A DNA stretch of 64,000 nt from Planctomycetota bacterium. Its GTDB lineage: Bacteria; Planctomycetota; UBA1135; UBA2386. The stretch is from contig JANQJF010000024.1 of assembly GCA_028281765.1 (NCBI GenBank), positions 9,883 through 73,882 of the forward strand. Direction: 5' to 3'. Both the position numbers and the translations under genes were made by a program. Positions 1 through 8,747 of this stretch are shown piece by piece. Numbering within the stretch: the first letter of the stretch is position 1; each line of letters starts with the position of its first letter. Under the pieces are notes generated by a model. The model had not been told where the DNA came from, did no database searches, and saw only the letters and a list, made by a program, of their open reading frames with translations.

Positions 1-2036
1 AGGCGATCCGCACCCCAGTGCGTGAAGTCGCCGTCGAACTGCCCGGCGTGAAACTGCGTCACCCCGTCGACGCGGCCGAACGCGACCTTGATCTTGCCGA
101 ACGTCGTGCGGCTGCGCCCCCCGATCGAGAGATGGCTGATCGGACGAAACATCTCGAGGCGCATCTCCATTCGCTCCTCGCCCGGCCCCGTGCGCACTCG
201 CACGTCGAGATACTTCCCATCTTGATCGATCGTGAGGTCTTCGCGGCCGTCCGCGGACGCGAGTTCGACGATGCGCCCCTTCTGCTCGAGGTTCAGGGGC
301 TCGAGCACCGCGTCGAGCGAGAAGGCGCCCGTCTTGGACCACATCGCGACGAGGTTGGCTGCGCCACGTGGTGATTCGAAGTGACCACCGCCCGGCACCA
401 GTGCGAACCGGCGGTCGAAGCGCGCGGCACCGTGCGGCTCGACGCCGAACGTGATCTGCGCGCCGCTCGGATCGAGCGCGAGGTTGTCCGCTTTCCCGTG
501 CTCGAACGCGAACACGAGACCGCGCGGCTGAACCGGCCACCCCTCGAGCCGAACCCCTATCTGGTCCGCGACGACCGGCAGTCGCCTGTCGTCACTGCCG
601 ACGACGCCGGACACCGTGATCGTCGCCGACTCCCGCAGCGCACGATCCAGCCCGACGAGCAGCGTGCGTCCATCGTCCGCGATATCGAAGGTCTCGGCGA
701 TCGGAGCAGCTTCGAGCGACGCCGCCGGCTCGACGAGTTCGATCGGGGCGTCGAACTCGATCTCGATCTGCCGACCGGACGTCAGCACCGCGGTCGTGGC
801 CACGGGTCCGGTCAGCGGATCGACTCGCACGCGTCCTCGCCGACGTTCGTCCCCGCGGGTCGCGACGACCCAGTAGCTCCCGGCATCCTCGTACGTGTGC
901 GTCGCGGCACCGCTCGGTGCGGACCCGTCGCCGAAGTCCCACTCCCATTCTCCGTCGACGCGATCGGAGAAGTCGACCGCGAACGGCGCCATGCCGCGCT
1001 GCTTGCCGAGTCGCATCCGCGTGAAGTGCACGTCGGGGAATCGGTCACAACCGCGATCGAAGGTGTACCGCAGTGGCTTGCCCTCGAGCTCGAGCGTGAA
1101 CGGATCGATCGGCGCGAGGAAGATGTCGTAGTCGGACGTGAAGTGATCGTGCTCGTAGCACGACGCGCCGAACGAGAACACGTTCTGGCACGCGGAGAGC
1201 ATCGGGAAATAGGTGTAGCGCCGGAATTCCGGCAGTCGCGGATCGTGCCGATCGACGATCGGCGAGTACTCTCGCGTCTCGAGGTCGTAACGGTGCAGTG
1301 GCCCGCCAGCGCCGCCGGTGAAGTAGCCCCACTTCCCGTCGAGTGAGAAGTACGGCTGACACCCCTGCATCGTCGCACGGAACAGGATCCGGCGTCGCTC
1401 CTTGTCGTACGGCGGGAACATCGGCCAGCCGGCGGTGATGTGCGTCTCCTGTGCGTTGGGCAACCAGCCCCACCACTGCGAGTCCCACCGGAAGCCCTCT
1501 TCGATCTCCCCCGTCGACAGCGTCAACCGCTTCGTCGTGCCCTCCTCGCCAGAGATGAAGAAGAGACTGTCGTCGTCGATCCACAACACCGCGCGGTCCT
1601 CGTAGTAGGCGCGACACGCGTCGACGATCACACGATCGCCGGTGCCGTCGGTGTTGATGAGGTGCATCTCCGCGGTGTTGGTGATCGGGTCCTCGCCGTA
1701 GAAGTTCTTCTCCGCGGGGAGCGTGACGTACACCATGCGCGTGCCGTCCGGAGACAGGTGTGGGCAGTAGTGCTCGCGACCCGGGTCGTCGGGAGTCAGC
1801 TGCCGCATGTCACTCCCGTCGAGCTCGCGCCGGTAGATCCGCCACGATCCGCTCCGGTTGCTCTCCCAGACCAGGAAGCCCGCGTCGGATTCGTCCGCAA
1901 TCGCCTTCCAGTCGCCTCGCCAGTGGTCCTCGCGATCGATGTCCGCAGTGGTCGCCATCCCCAAGAACGGCACGATCGAGACGATGGCGAGGCCACAAGG
2001 AACGGCGAGGCGAGACTTCGGAGCGTGGCCGGGCAT
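1..2036 (-). CDS. Secreted protein with TolB/PD40-like beta-propeller, PKD domain and possible LamG-like region (runs off window start)
   Basis: Manual translation from ATG at 2036 stays open to position 1: hydrophobic N-terminus, FLVWESNRSGSWRIY, CPHLSPDGTRMVYV, PKD-like WEWDFGDGS..ATHTYEDAGSY. Absent from ORF track because no stop in window. Confidence 0.75.
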   Translation of the reverse strand, partial: MPGHAPKSRLAVPCGLAIVSIVPFLGMATTADIDREDHWRGDWKAIADESDAGFLVWESNRSGSWRIYRRELDGSDMRQLTPDDPGREHYCPHLSPDGTRMVYVTLPAEKNFYGEDPITNTAEMHLINTDGTGDRVIVDACRAYYEDRAVLWIDDDSLFFISGEEGTTKRLTLSTGEIEEGFRWDSQWWGWLPNAQETHITAGWPMFPPYDKERRRILFRATMQGCQPYFSLDGKWGYFTGGAGGPLHRYDLETREYSPIVDRHDPRLPEFRRYTYFPMLSACQNVFSFGASCYEHDHFTSDYDIFLAPIDPFTLELEGKPLRYTFDRGCDRFPDVHFTRMRLGKQRGMAPFAVDFSDRVDGEWEWDFGDGSAPSGAATHTYEDAGSYWVVATRGDERRRGRVRVDPLTGPVATTAVLTSGRQIEIEFDAPIELVEPAASLEAAPIAETFDIADDGRTLLVGLDRALRESATITVSGVVGSDDRRLPVVADQIGVRLEGWPVQPRGLVFAFEHGKADNLALDPSGAQITFGVEPHGAARFDRRFALVPGGGHFESPRGAANLVAMWSKTGAFSLDAVLEPLNLEQKGRIVELASADGREDLTIDQDGKYLDVRVRTGPGEERMEMRLEMFRPISHLSIGGRSRTTFGKIKVAFGRVDGVTQFHAGQFDGDFTHWGADR

Positions 2037-2083
2037 GCGCACTGCAGAATAGCACGAGCCGAGGTCGGCGCTATCGTCGCTCC

Positions 2084-3199
2084 ATGCGCGATGCCATCGA
2101 CGGAAGGGCCGCGGTCGCCCGAGAAGACGCGAGCTACGAGATCGTTCCGATTCGGATCGCTCTGCCGCAGCGCGACGAGGTTCTCGTCGAGATTCACGCA
2201 GCCGGGATCTGCCACACGGACTGGAACTCGCTGCAGTGGCGGCGGCGATTCGTGCTCGGCCACGAAGGTGCCGGCCGTGTGATCGCGACCGGCCCGGACG
2301 TGCGTCGCGTGCAGCCCGACGACGCCGTCGTGCTGAACTGGGCCGTCCCGTGCGGCGCGTGCCCTGCGTGCACGGGCGGCCACGAGAACATCTGCGAGCG
2401 CCAATCCCCCGTAGTCGCCGGACCGAGCTCGGCCGGTCATGCCGCGATCGAGCGGACGACGTGCGAAGGTCAACCGATCGAACGCTCGTTCCATCTCGGC
2501 ACACTGTCGACGCACACCGTCGTTCGCGAAGCCGCCGTGATCCGAATCAACGAGAAGATCCCGTTCGCATCGGCATCGATTCTCGGGTGCGGAGTCATGA
2601 CGGGTGTCGGCTCGGTCGTCAACGTCGCACGCCCGGAGGCCGGATCGTCCGCCGTCGTGCTCGGCACCGGTGGCGTCGGTCTGAACGTGATCCAAGGCTG
2701 TCGGATCGCGGGCTGCACGCGCATCGTCGGCGTGGACGTGCAGGAGTCGCGACTGGGGATGGCACGCCAATTCGGCGCGACCGACGGCGTGCTCGCGACG
2801 CGGGACGACGAAGGCCTCCTGCGCGCCGCGCGCGAGGTGCAATCCTTGCTCGGCGGCGGCGCGGACTACGCGTTCGAATGCACGGCCATTCCGGAACTCG
2901 GCGCGGCGCCGCTCGCGATGATTCGCAACGCGGGCACGGCCGTCGCAGTCAGCGGCGTCGAGGAGAAGGTCGTCGTCGACATGGAGCTCTTCGAATGGGA
3001 CAAGCGCTACGTTAATCCGCTCTACGGCGGCTGCTCGCCCACCCGCGACTTCCCGCGGCTCATCGACTGGTACGCGAGCGGCGCCTTGAAGCTCGACGAG
3101 CTCGTGACGAAGACCTACGCGCTCGACGATCTGCCCGACGCGTTCGAAGACCTGCTCGCGGGCCGCAACGCGAAGGGCGTCGTGCTGTTCGAGCACTAG
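2084..3199 (+). CDS. Zinc-dependent alcohol dehydrogenase (MDR family)
   Basis: GICHTD, GHEGAG, structural-Zn CGACPACTGGHENIC, GTGGVG; start moved to ATG 2084. Confidence 0.9.
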   Translation: MRDAIDGRAAVAREDASYEIVPIRIALPQRDEVLVEIHAAGICHTDWNSLQWRRRFVLGHEGAGRVIATGPDVRRVQPDDAVVLNWAVPCGACPACTGGHENICERQSPVVAGPSSAGHAAIERTTCEGQPIERSFHLGTLSTHTVVREAAVIRINEKIPFASASILGCGVMTGVGSVVNVARPEAGSSAVVLGTGGVGLNVIQGCRIAGCTRIVGVDVQESRLGMARQFGATDGVLATRDDEGLLRAAREVQSLLGGGADYAFECTAIPELGAAPLAMIRNAGTAVAVSGVEEKVVVDMELFEWDKRYVNPLYGGCSPTRDFPRLIDWYASGALKLDELVTKTYALDDLPDAFEDLLAGRNAKGVVLFEH

Positions 3200-3301
3200 G
3201 AGCTCCTCGTCTGCGGTGCGCTGGGCCACCTCCCGGCTGGCGCGACGACCGCGTGCCGACGAAATTCATGGATTCCGCGACCGGTCTCGCCGCTCGCGAC
3301 G

Positions 3302-3931
3302 ATGATCCCACGACGACCGATGGTAGATCAGCATTCAGATTCGGCCGAACCGCCGCCCCCGAGCGTGGGGCTCACTCTCGCGCTGTTCGATCGCGCCAGC
3401 GCCGGTGACGTGCGGGCGCGCCGCGCGGCCGTTGAGCGGATCGAGGCGCGCGTCGTCGACGAGGTCCGACGCCGCCTGCCGGCCGCGGCGCGCGGCCACG
3501 CGGACACGATGGATCTCGCACAGGACCTGTTCGTGACCCTGCTCAAACCGGAGTCTCGGGCGCGGTTTTCGAACGACGACGAGCTGCGACGCTACGTGAC
3601 GCGCGCGATCTCGCTGCGCGTGCGCGACCAGTTCCGGGTCGCGGGTCGCCGGCGCGTGCGGAGGGACGGCGCGACGCGAGAGCTCGAGCAGAGCCCGGCA
3701 GACGAGCCGGGGCCCGCGACGCGGGCGGAAGACGACGAACAGCGCCGCGCCGTGCGGGAAGCGATCGCACGACTGCCCGCGAACGAACAGAAGGTCGTGA
3801 CGATGCGACTGCTCGAAGACCGGGCCTGGGCGGAGATCGCGGCCGAGCTGGGCATCAGCGTCGAGGCCGCACGGTCGGCGGGCCGGCGCGGTGTGGCGCG
3901 CCTGGGTAGCATCATTTCGGAACGGGCCTGA
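3302..3931 (+). CDS. ECF-type RNA polymerase sigma factor
   Basis: Region 2 DLAQDLFV; region 4 AIARLPANEQKVVTMRLLEDRAWAEIAAELGIS; start may be 3320. Confidence 0.85.
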   Translation: MIPRRPMVDQHSDSAEPPPPSVGLTLALFDRASAGDVRARRAAVERIEARVVDEVRRRLPAAARGHADTMDLAQDLFVTLLKPESRARFSNDDELRRYVTRAISLRVRDQFRVAGRRRVRRDGATRELEQSPADEPGPATRAEDDEQRRAVREAIARLPANEQKVVTMRLLEDRAWAEIAAELGISVEAARSAGRRGVARLGSIISERA

Positions 3932-6548
3932 AGCGCTCCTCGAGTCGCGCGCCGAGATCGAGGTCGACGCCGCTCAGAATCGCATGGCGCAGATCGTTCA
4001 GGGTCGCGTCGTCCGCGAACCCGTGCTCGCGGCAACGTTCCGCGAGTTCGAACGCACGGTCGAGGTCGTGCGTCCACCGCAACACCTTGGCGGCGGTGGA
4101 CCAAGCGACCGGCGACTCCGGGTGGCGGTCGAGAATCCACGTGGCGGCGCGACGCACCAGTGGCAAATTCTCCGTGAGATAGCTCACGGACACGACCGCT
4201 GCGGAATCCTCGATCGGACGCGAAGCGGGCGATTCCATGAACTTGCGAATCGAAGCCTCGAGCATCTGCCGAGCCTGTTCGGCTTCGAGGTCCTGTCCGC
4301 CCCATCTCGCATGGGACCATGCGTGGCAGAGCGTGAGCACCGACCACGCTTCAAGGGACGGTTCGTCCGCAAACCAGTCCTGGTGTCGCGGTGTCGTTCG
4401 AATCAGCTGCAGAGCGCCCGCGGTATCGCCGACTTTGCTCGCGAAGAGCGACGTCACCAAGCGCAGCGCCGGGCTCCCGAGCAATCGATCGAGCTCGCAC
4501 AGGTTGACGCGAGTCGCATCGACCGAGGTGATCTGGAAAAGGAGCTCGGGAGCCAGACTCGGAAGCCGGCGCACGGGGACCGGGATTCGCAGCGGCGACC
4601 GCGAGAAATAGAACGCAACGCCCACTGCGAGGATGCGCTGGAAAAACCGGTCGTGCACTTCCGAATCCTCGGAGATTCCGGCCAGGGTCTCGGCCAAACG
4701 ACGGCGCACATCGTCTCCTACCGAGCGGCACGTGCCGTGGAGCCCTGCCAGTCTGCGAAATGCCTCCACGAGCTGTCTGTTGTCTACGCCGAGGTACGCC
4801 GCCTTGGCGGCGTCGGCGTCGCCTTGAATGGATCGCAAGAAACCCTGCACGGCACCCGATAGTGGATCCCTCGGCCAAATCTGGCCGAAGGTCTCGACAT
4901 GTCGGGCGAGCGTGTCCGTCGCGCCCACGAGTAGCAGGGACGAGATGCGGGCCTCGTGTGCCGCTCGGTGCCGACCGTCGAGTGCGATCACTTCGCCCAG
5001 GGCGGAGACGTAGTCAGGCATCGTCTCGGCCAGGCAGGCGCGGGCGTAGGCGCGCCAGGCGGGCTCGAGCTGCTCCGAGTCGGCGAGTTCCCGCATGCGC
5101 CGTTGCCAGCCCGGCCGTTTCGGTCCCGGCAGCGAGGGGTCGATGTGCAGCAGGACGATCAAGTCTCGATGACGACCGAGATCGTCCCGCGCGCGGAGTG
5201 CCCGCAACCGGCCAAACGCGGTCTCGTACTCGAACCGGGCGAGCTCCATCTGCGCTCGCGTCGTCTCGACGACCACGTCGAGACGGGAGCGCGCTGCGGC
5301 CACCTCCAGCGCGGACTCGGCTTGCTCCCAATCGCCCACGTTCATCGCGATCTGCGCCCGTGACAGCGCCTCCGCACCGCGGGCCTCGCGCTCCATGGCA
5401 CCGGCCTGGACCAGCTCCGCGCCGATCACGACCAGCGTCACCACGAACACTGCCGACACGACCGCGAGACTCGTCAGCGTCGGATGCCGCGCCGCCGCCC
5501 GACGCGCGCGCGCGATGAGTCCGAGCGGCCGCGCGTGCACCGGCTCGCCCCGCAACCACCGTTCGAGGTCCTCGCCGAACGCCTGCGCCGACATGTAGCG
5601 ATCCGCGCGGTTCACTGCGATCGCCTTGCCGACGATCGCGGCAAAGTCGGCGTTCGCGGCGTCGCGAACCAGGGCGAGCTGCGGCTCGGCGGATCGTTCG
5701 AGCGCGCGCCGGTAGTCCGACTGGGACGCGGCCTGGAACGGCAGCGTGCCGGTCAGACAACGGTACAGCGTGACCCCGAGACCGAACACGTCCGCGCGGC
5801 CGTCGAGGTCCGGAGCGCCGAGCGCCTGCTCGGGGGCCATGTAGTGCGTCGATCCGACCTCGACACCGGTCAACGTCATCCGCTGTTCGTCGATCGGACA
5901 CACGACCCCAAAGTCGACGAGCACGGGGCGCTTCGTCTCGTCGTCGGTCGCGAACATGATGTTGCTCGGCTTGACGTCGCGGTGCACGAGTCGGCGGTTG
6001 TGCGCGTGAGTCAGCGCGCCCGTCAGAGCGATCGTCCACTCGACCCAGCGGCGCAACTCGTGGCGCTCGGTGACGCCCGCGGGGTATCGCTCGAGCTCTA
6101 TCTCCAGGTTGTCGCCGTCGACGAACTCGAACGCGATCCAGTACCGGCCGCGCCACTCGCCGTGCCCGTAGACCTCGGCGATGTTCGCGTGCCGCAGCTG
6201 CGCGGCCGCATGCGCCTCGCGCTCGTAGCGCGCGCGTCGGGACGTGCCGTGCTCGGCCGGCGCGAAGAAGACCTTCAGCGCGACCGCGCGATCGAGCTCG
6301 ACGTCGCGGGCGCGCCAGACCTCGGCTTGGCCACCGAACCCGACGGGTTCCTCGAGCGAGAAACGGTCGATGCGCGCACCCGGCTCGAGGCCCCCGCCGT
6401 TGCCGGACAGCTCCCCACACAGAGGCTCCAAGAACTCCGTGAGGTCGGGATGGCTCGCCAGGAACTCCTCGACCGGTTCGGCGGTTCCGCGGTCACGGCG
6501 GGCGCGATACTGCCGGCTCAGCTCCAGGGCTTCGCCGAACAGCTCCAT
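3912..6548 (-). CDS. Membrane Ser/Thr protein kinase with helical/TPR-like C-terminus
   Basis: GFGGQAEV, VALK, HRDVKPSNI, DFG, YMAPEQ, one hydrophobic helix; likely start MELFGEAL. Confidence 0.9.
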   Translation of the reverse strand: MELFGEALELSRQYRARRDRGTAEPVEEFLASHPDLTEFLEPLCGELSGNGGGLEPGARIDRFSLEEPVGFGGQAEVWRARDVELDRAVALKVFFAPAEHGTSRRARYEREAHAAAQLRHANIAEVYGHGEWRGRYWIAFEFVDGDNLEIELERYPAGVTERHELRRWVEWTIALTGALTHAHNRRLVHRDVKPSNIMFATDDETKRPVLVDFGVVCPIDEQRMTLTGVEVGSTHYMAPEQALGAPDLDGRADVFGLGVTLYRCLTGTLPFQAASQSDYRRALERSAEPQLALVRDAANADFAAIVGKAIAVNRADRYMSAQAFGEDLERWLRGEPVHARPLGLIARARRAAARHPTLTSLAVVSAVFVVTLVVIGAELVQAGAMEREARGAEALSRAQIAMNVGDWEQAESALEVAAARSRLDVVVETTRAQMELARFEYETAFGRLRALRARDDLGRHRDLIVLLHIDPSLPGPKRPGWQRRMRELADSEQLEPAWRAYARACLAETMPDYVSALGEVIALDGRHRAAHEARISSLLLVGATDTLARHVETFGQIWPRDPLSGAVQGFLRSIQGDADAAKAAYLGVDNRQLVEAFRRLAGLHGTCRSVGDDVRRRLAETLAGISEDSEVHDRFFQRILAVGVAFYFSRSPLRIPVPVRRLPSLAPELLFQITSVDATRVNLCELDRLLGSPALRLVTSLFASKVGDTAGALQLIRTTPRHQDWFADEPSLEAWSVLTLCHAWSHARWGGQDLEAEQARQMLEASIRKFMESPASRPIEDSAAVVSVSYLTENLPLVRRAATWILDRHPESPVAWSTAAKVLRWTHDLDRAFELAERCREHGFADDATLNDLRHAILSGVDLDLGARLEERFRPVPK

Positions 6549-6708
6549 GGCGGGGCGTTCGGAGGAGGGCACCGCTGGATCGTCGAGCAGGTTCCGCGGG
6601 TCCGCAACCCGTCCGATTTTTTTCGACCGGTTTCCGCCCGTGCCGCGATGTCGGGATCCATGGAGCGGCACGCGGTCGCTCCGTCGAATCCCCAGGAGAC
6701 AGAGAGAC

Positions 6709-7602
6709 ATGTGGAAGACTGCCACTCGGACCGCCCTTCTCGCGCTCGGTTTCGCCGTCGCCGGCTCGGCCCAGATCGGACTCAACTGCGCGACCAACCT
6801 CGTCGACAACCCGGACTTCGCGGCACTGCCGCCGTTCACCGCGCCCTGGGTCCCGTCCGGCGGCGTCGGCGTCGCCGGTCTCGTGATGTTCGACGTCGAC
6901 AACGACGGCACGCCGAGCTGGTGCTTCCGCACGACCGTCGCGAGCAACCCGGTCCTGCTGACCCAGCCGGTCGGGCAACTGCAGTCCGGCTCGGTCTACG
7001 AGGTCCGCGCGAACATCGCGACGAACGCGACCAGCACCCAGTGGCGGAGGGTGCGCATCTTGATCGAGGACAGCAGCGGGTCGGCCCATCCGATCCTGAC
7101 CGTGAACGCGGCGACCGGCGGCGTGTTCCGCTACCCCGTCGCGGAACAGTTCACCGTCGCCGCGACGGACTCCTACACGCTGGCGTTCGAGTTCACGAAC
7201 TTCCTCGGGAACTCGACCGACTTCTACCTCGACGACGTCGAGCTCCTCGAGCACGTCTCGATGGCGCCACCTTCGTTCGGCTTCACGAGTGCTCTCGGAA
7301 TCGGCACGAACGTCCCGTACGCCATTCGAGCGCAGCCCCTGTCGACCTACGTCGCGCTGCTCGGCTTCGAGGGCACCGTCGCGTGTTCGGGTGTCGCCCT
7401 GCCGAACATCGTCGGAGACTTCTTGCTCGCGAGCCACGTCCAGCTCTCGTCGGCGCAGGTCATGAATCCGTCTGGCGTCGTGACCGGCACGCTGCCAGTC
7501 CCGAACGATCCATCGATGAGCGGGCTCCCGTTCGCGATCCAGCCCGTCTCGGTGACGTTTCCGTCGATCACGATCGGATTCGCGCGCGCCTACTCGTTGT
7601 AG
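6709..7602 (+). CDS. Secreted protein, jelly-roll/CBM-like domain plus shared C-terminal domain
   Basis: AGGAG upstream, signal peptide MWKTATRTALLALGFAVAGSA, NLVDNPDF...FYLDDVEL, tail LPVPNDPSMSGLPFAIQ. Confidence 0.8.
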   Translation: MWKTATRTALLALGFAVAGSAQIGLNCATNLVDNPDFAALPPFTAPWVPSGGVGVAGLVMFDVDNDGTPSWCFRTTVASNPVLLTQPVGQLQSGSVYEVRANIATNATSTQWRRVRILIEDSSGSAHPILTVNAATGGVFRYPVAEQFTVAATDSYTLAFEFTNFLGNSTDFYLDDVELLEHVSMAPPSFGFTSALGIGTNVPYAIRAQPLSTYVALLGFEGTVACSGVALPNIVGDFLLASHVQLSSAQVMNPSGVVTGTLPVPNDPSMSGLPFAIQPVSVTFPSITIGFARAYSL

Positions 7603-7704
7603 CGGGGTCCAGCCGGGCGCGTCGGATCACCGATCGCTTTCGGCGCCACGCGCCCGGTGGCCGCTAGGCCCGCCCCGCGACAACGTTTCGAGTATTGTGC
7701 CGGG

Positions 7705-8739
7705 ATGCGCACTCTGCTCCTGACGTTGGTCTCGACTCTACCGTGCCAGGCGTTCGCCCAGGAATCGCAGCCGGACAAGGCGCCGCCGACCGACCGTGAA
7801 CTCGTCGAGGCGGCCGTCGAGGACTACCTGCTCGCGCTCTACGACGCGGAACCGAAGCGCATCGAGCGCAGCGTCGACCGCGATCTGGTCAAACGCGGGT
7901 TCCACAGCCGCGAGGGCAAGCCGTACCGAGACGTGTCGATGAGCTATGCACAGCTGCACGAACTCGCCGGCAAGTGGAACGCGGAGAAGTGGCTGTCGAA
8001 GGACGCTCCACGGCAGATCCTCGTCCTCGATGTGCTCCCGCGCGTCGCGAGCGCGAAGCTGACCGCACACTGGGGCACCGACTACATGCAGCTCGTCAAG
8101 GGCGACGACGACCGGTGGCGCATCCGGCACGTGCTTTGGCAATCACCGCCGCGCACGATCGAGGACCAGACCCATCACGACAACCGCGCGTCGATCAAGA
8201 AGGCGGCGACGCGTTACGCCGACGCGTTCTACAAGGGCAAGGTCGAGCTGCACGACGGCGCGGTGCATCCGGAGCTCGCGAAGTACGGGTTCTACCGTCA
8301 GGCGCCGAGTGCTCCCATGCAGCCGATGGGGATGGACTTCGCACAGCTCAAGCAGCTGACCAAGCAGGTCGGCGGCATGTTCCCGCCCGACTCGCCCAAG
8401 AAGGTCGAGCTTCTCGACGTGCAAGACCAGACCGCCGCGCTCAAGCTCACGGGCGCGTGGGGCATCGACTACATGCACGTCGCCCGCTTCGGCAAGGCGT
8501 GGCAGACGATCCACATCGCGTGGCAGTCGCACCCGCTGCCGAAGGCCGAACGCGCGCCCGCCTCGCGACTCGCGGACTGCGTCAACGCGAAGTGCCCGTT
8601 CTCCGGTGATCCCGTCGTGGCGACCTCGCTCGCGATCTACGGCGACAAGGTCGTGGGCTTCTGCAACCCGGACTGCCGCGACAAGTTCGTGAAGTCACCG
8701 GCACGCTTCGCCGGCCGAATCCCGGAGCTCGCGCGCTAA
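7705..8739 (+). CDS. Secreted protein with tandem NTF2-like (lumazine-binding-like) domains and C-terminal YHS-like domain
   Basis: Duplicated unit ASAKLTAHWGTDYMQL / AALKLTGAWGIDYMHV; tail NAKCPFSGDPV..YGDKVVGFCNPDCRDKF. Confidence 0.8.
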   Translation: MRTLLLTLVSTLPCQAFAQESQPDKAPPTDRELVEAAVEDYLLALYDAEPKRIERSVDRDLVKRGFHSREGKPYRDVSMSYAQLHELAGKWNAEKWLSKDAPRQILVLDVLPRVASAKLTAHWGTDYMQLVKGDDDRWRIRHVLWQSPPRTIEDQTHHDNRASIKKAATRYADAFYKGKVELHDGAVHPELAKYGFYRQAPSAPMQPMGMDFAQLKQLTKQVGGMFPPDSPKKVELLDVQDQTAALKLTGAWGIDYMHVARFGKAWQTIHIAWQSHPLPKAERAPASRLADCVNAKCPFSGDPVVATSLAIYGDKVVGFCNPDCRDKFVKSPARFAGRIPELAR

Positions 8740-8747
8740 CGCGCGAG

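Noticed and set aside
7612-7657. Inverted repeat CCGGGCGCGT...ACGCGCCCGG after the secreted gene
   Set aside because: Long loop and no U-tract; cannot be called a terminator.
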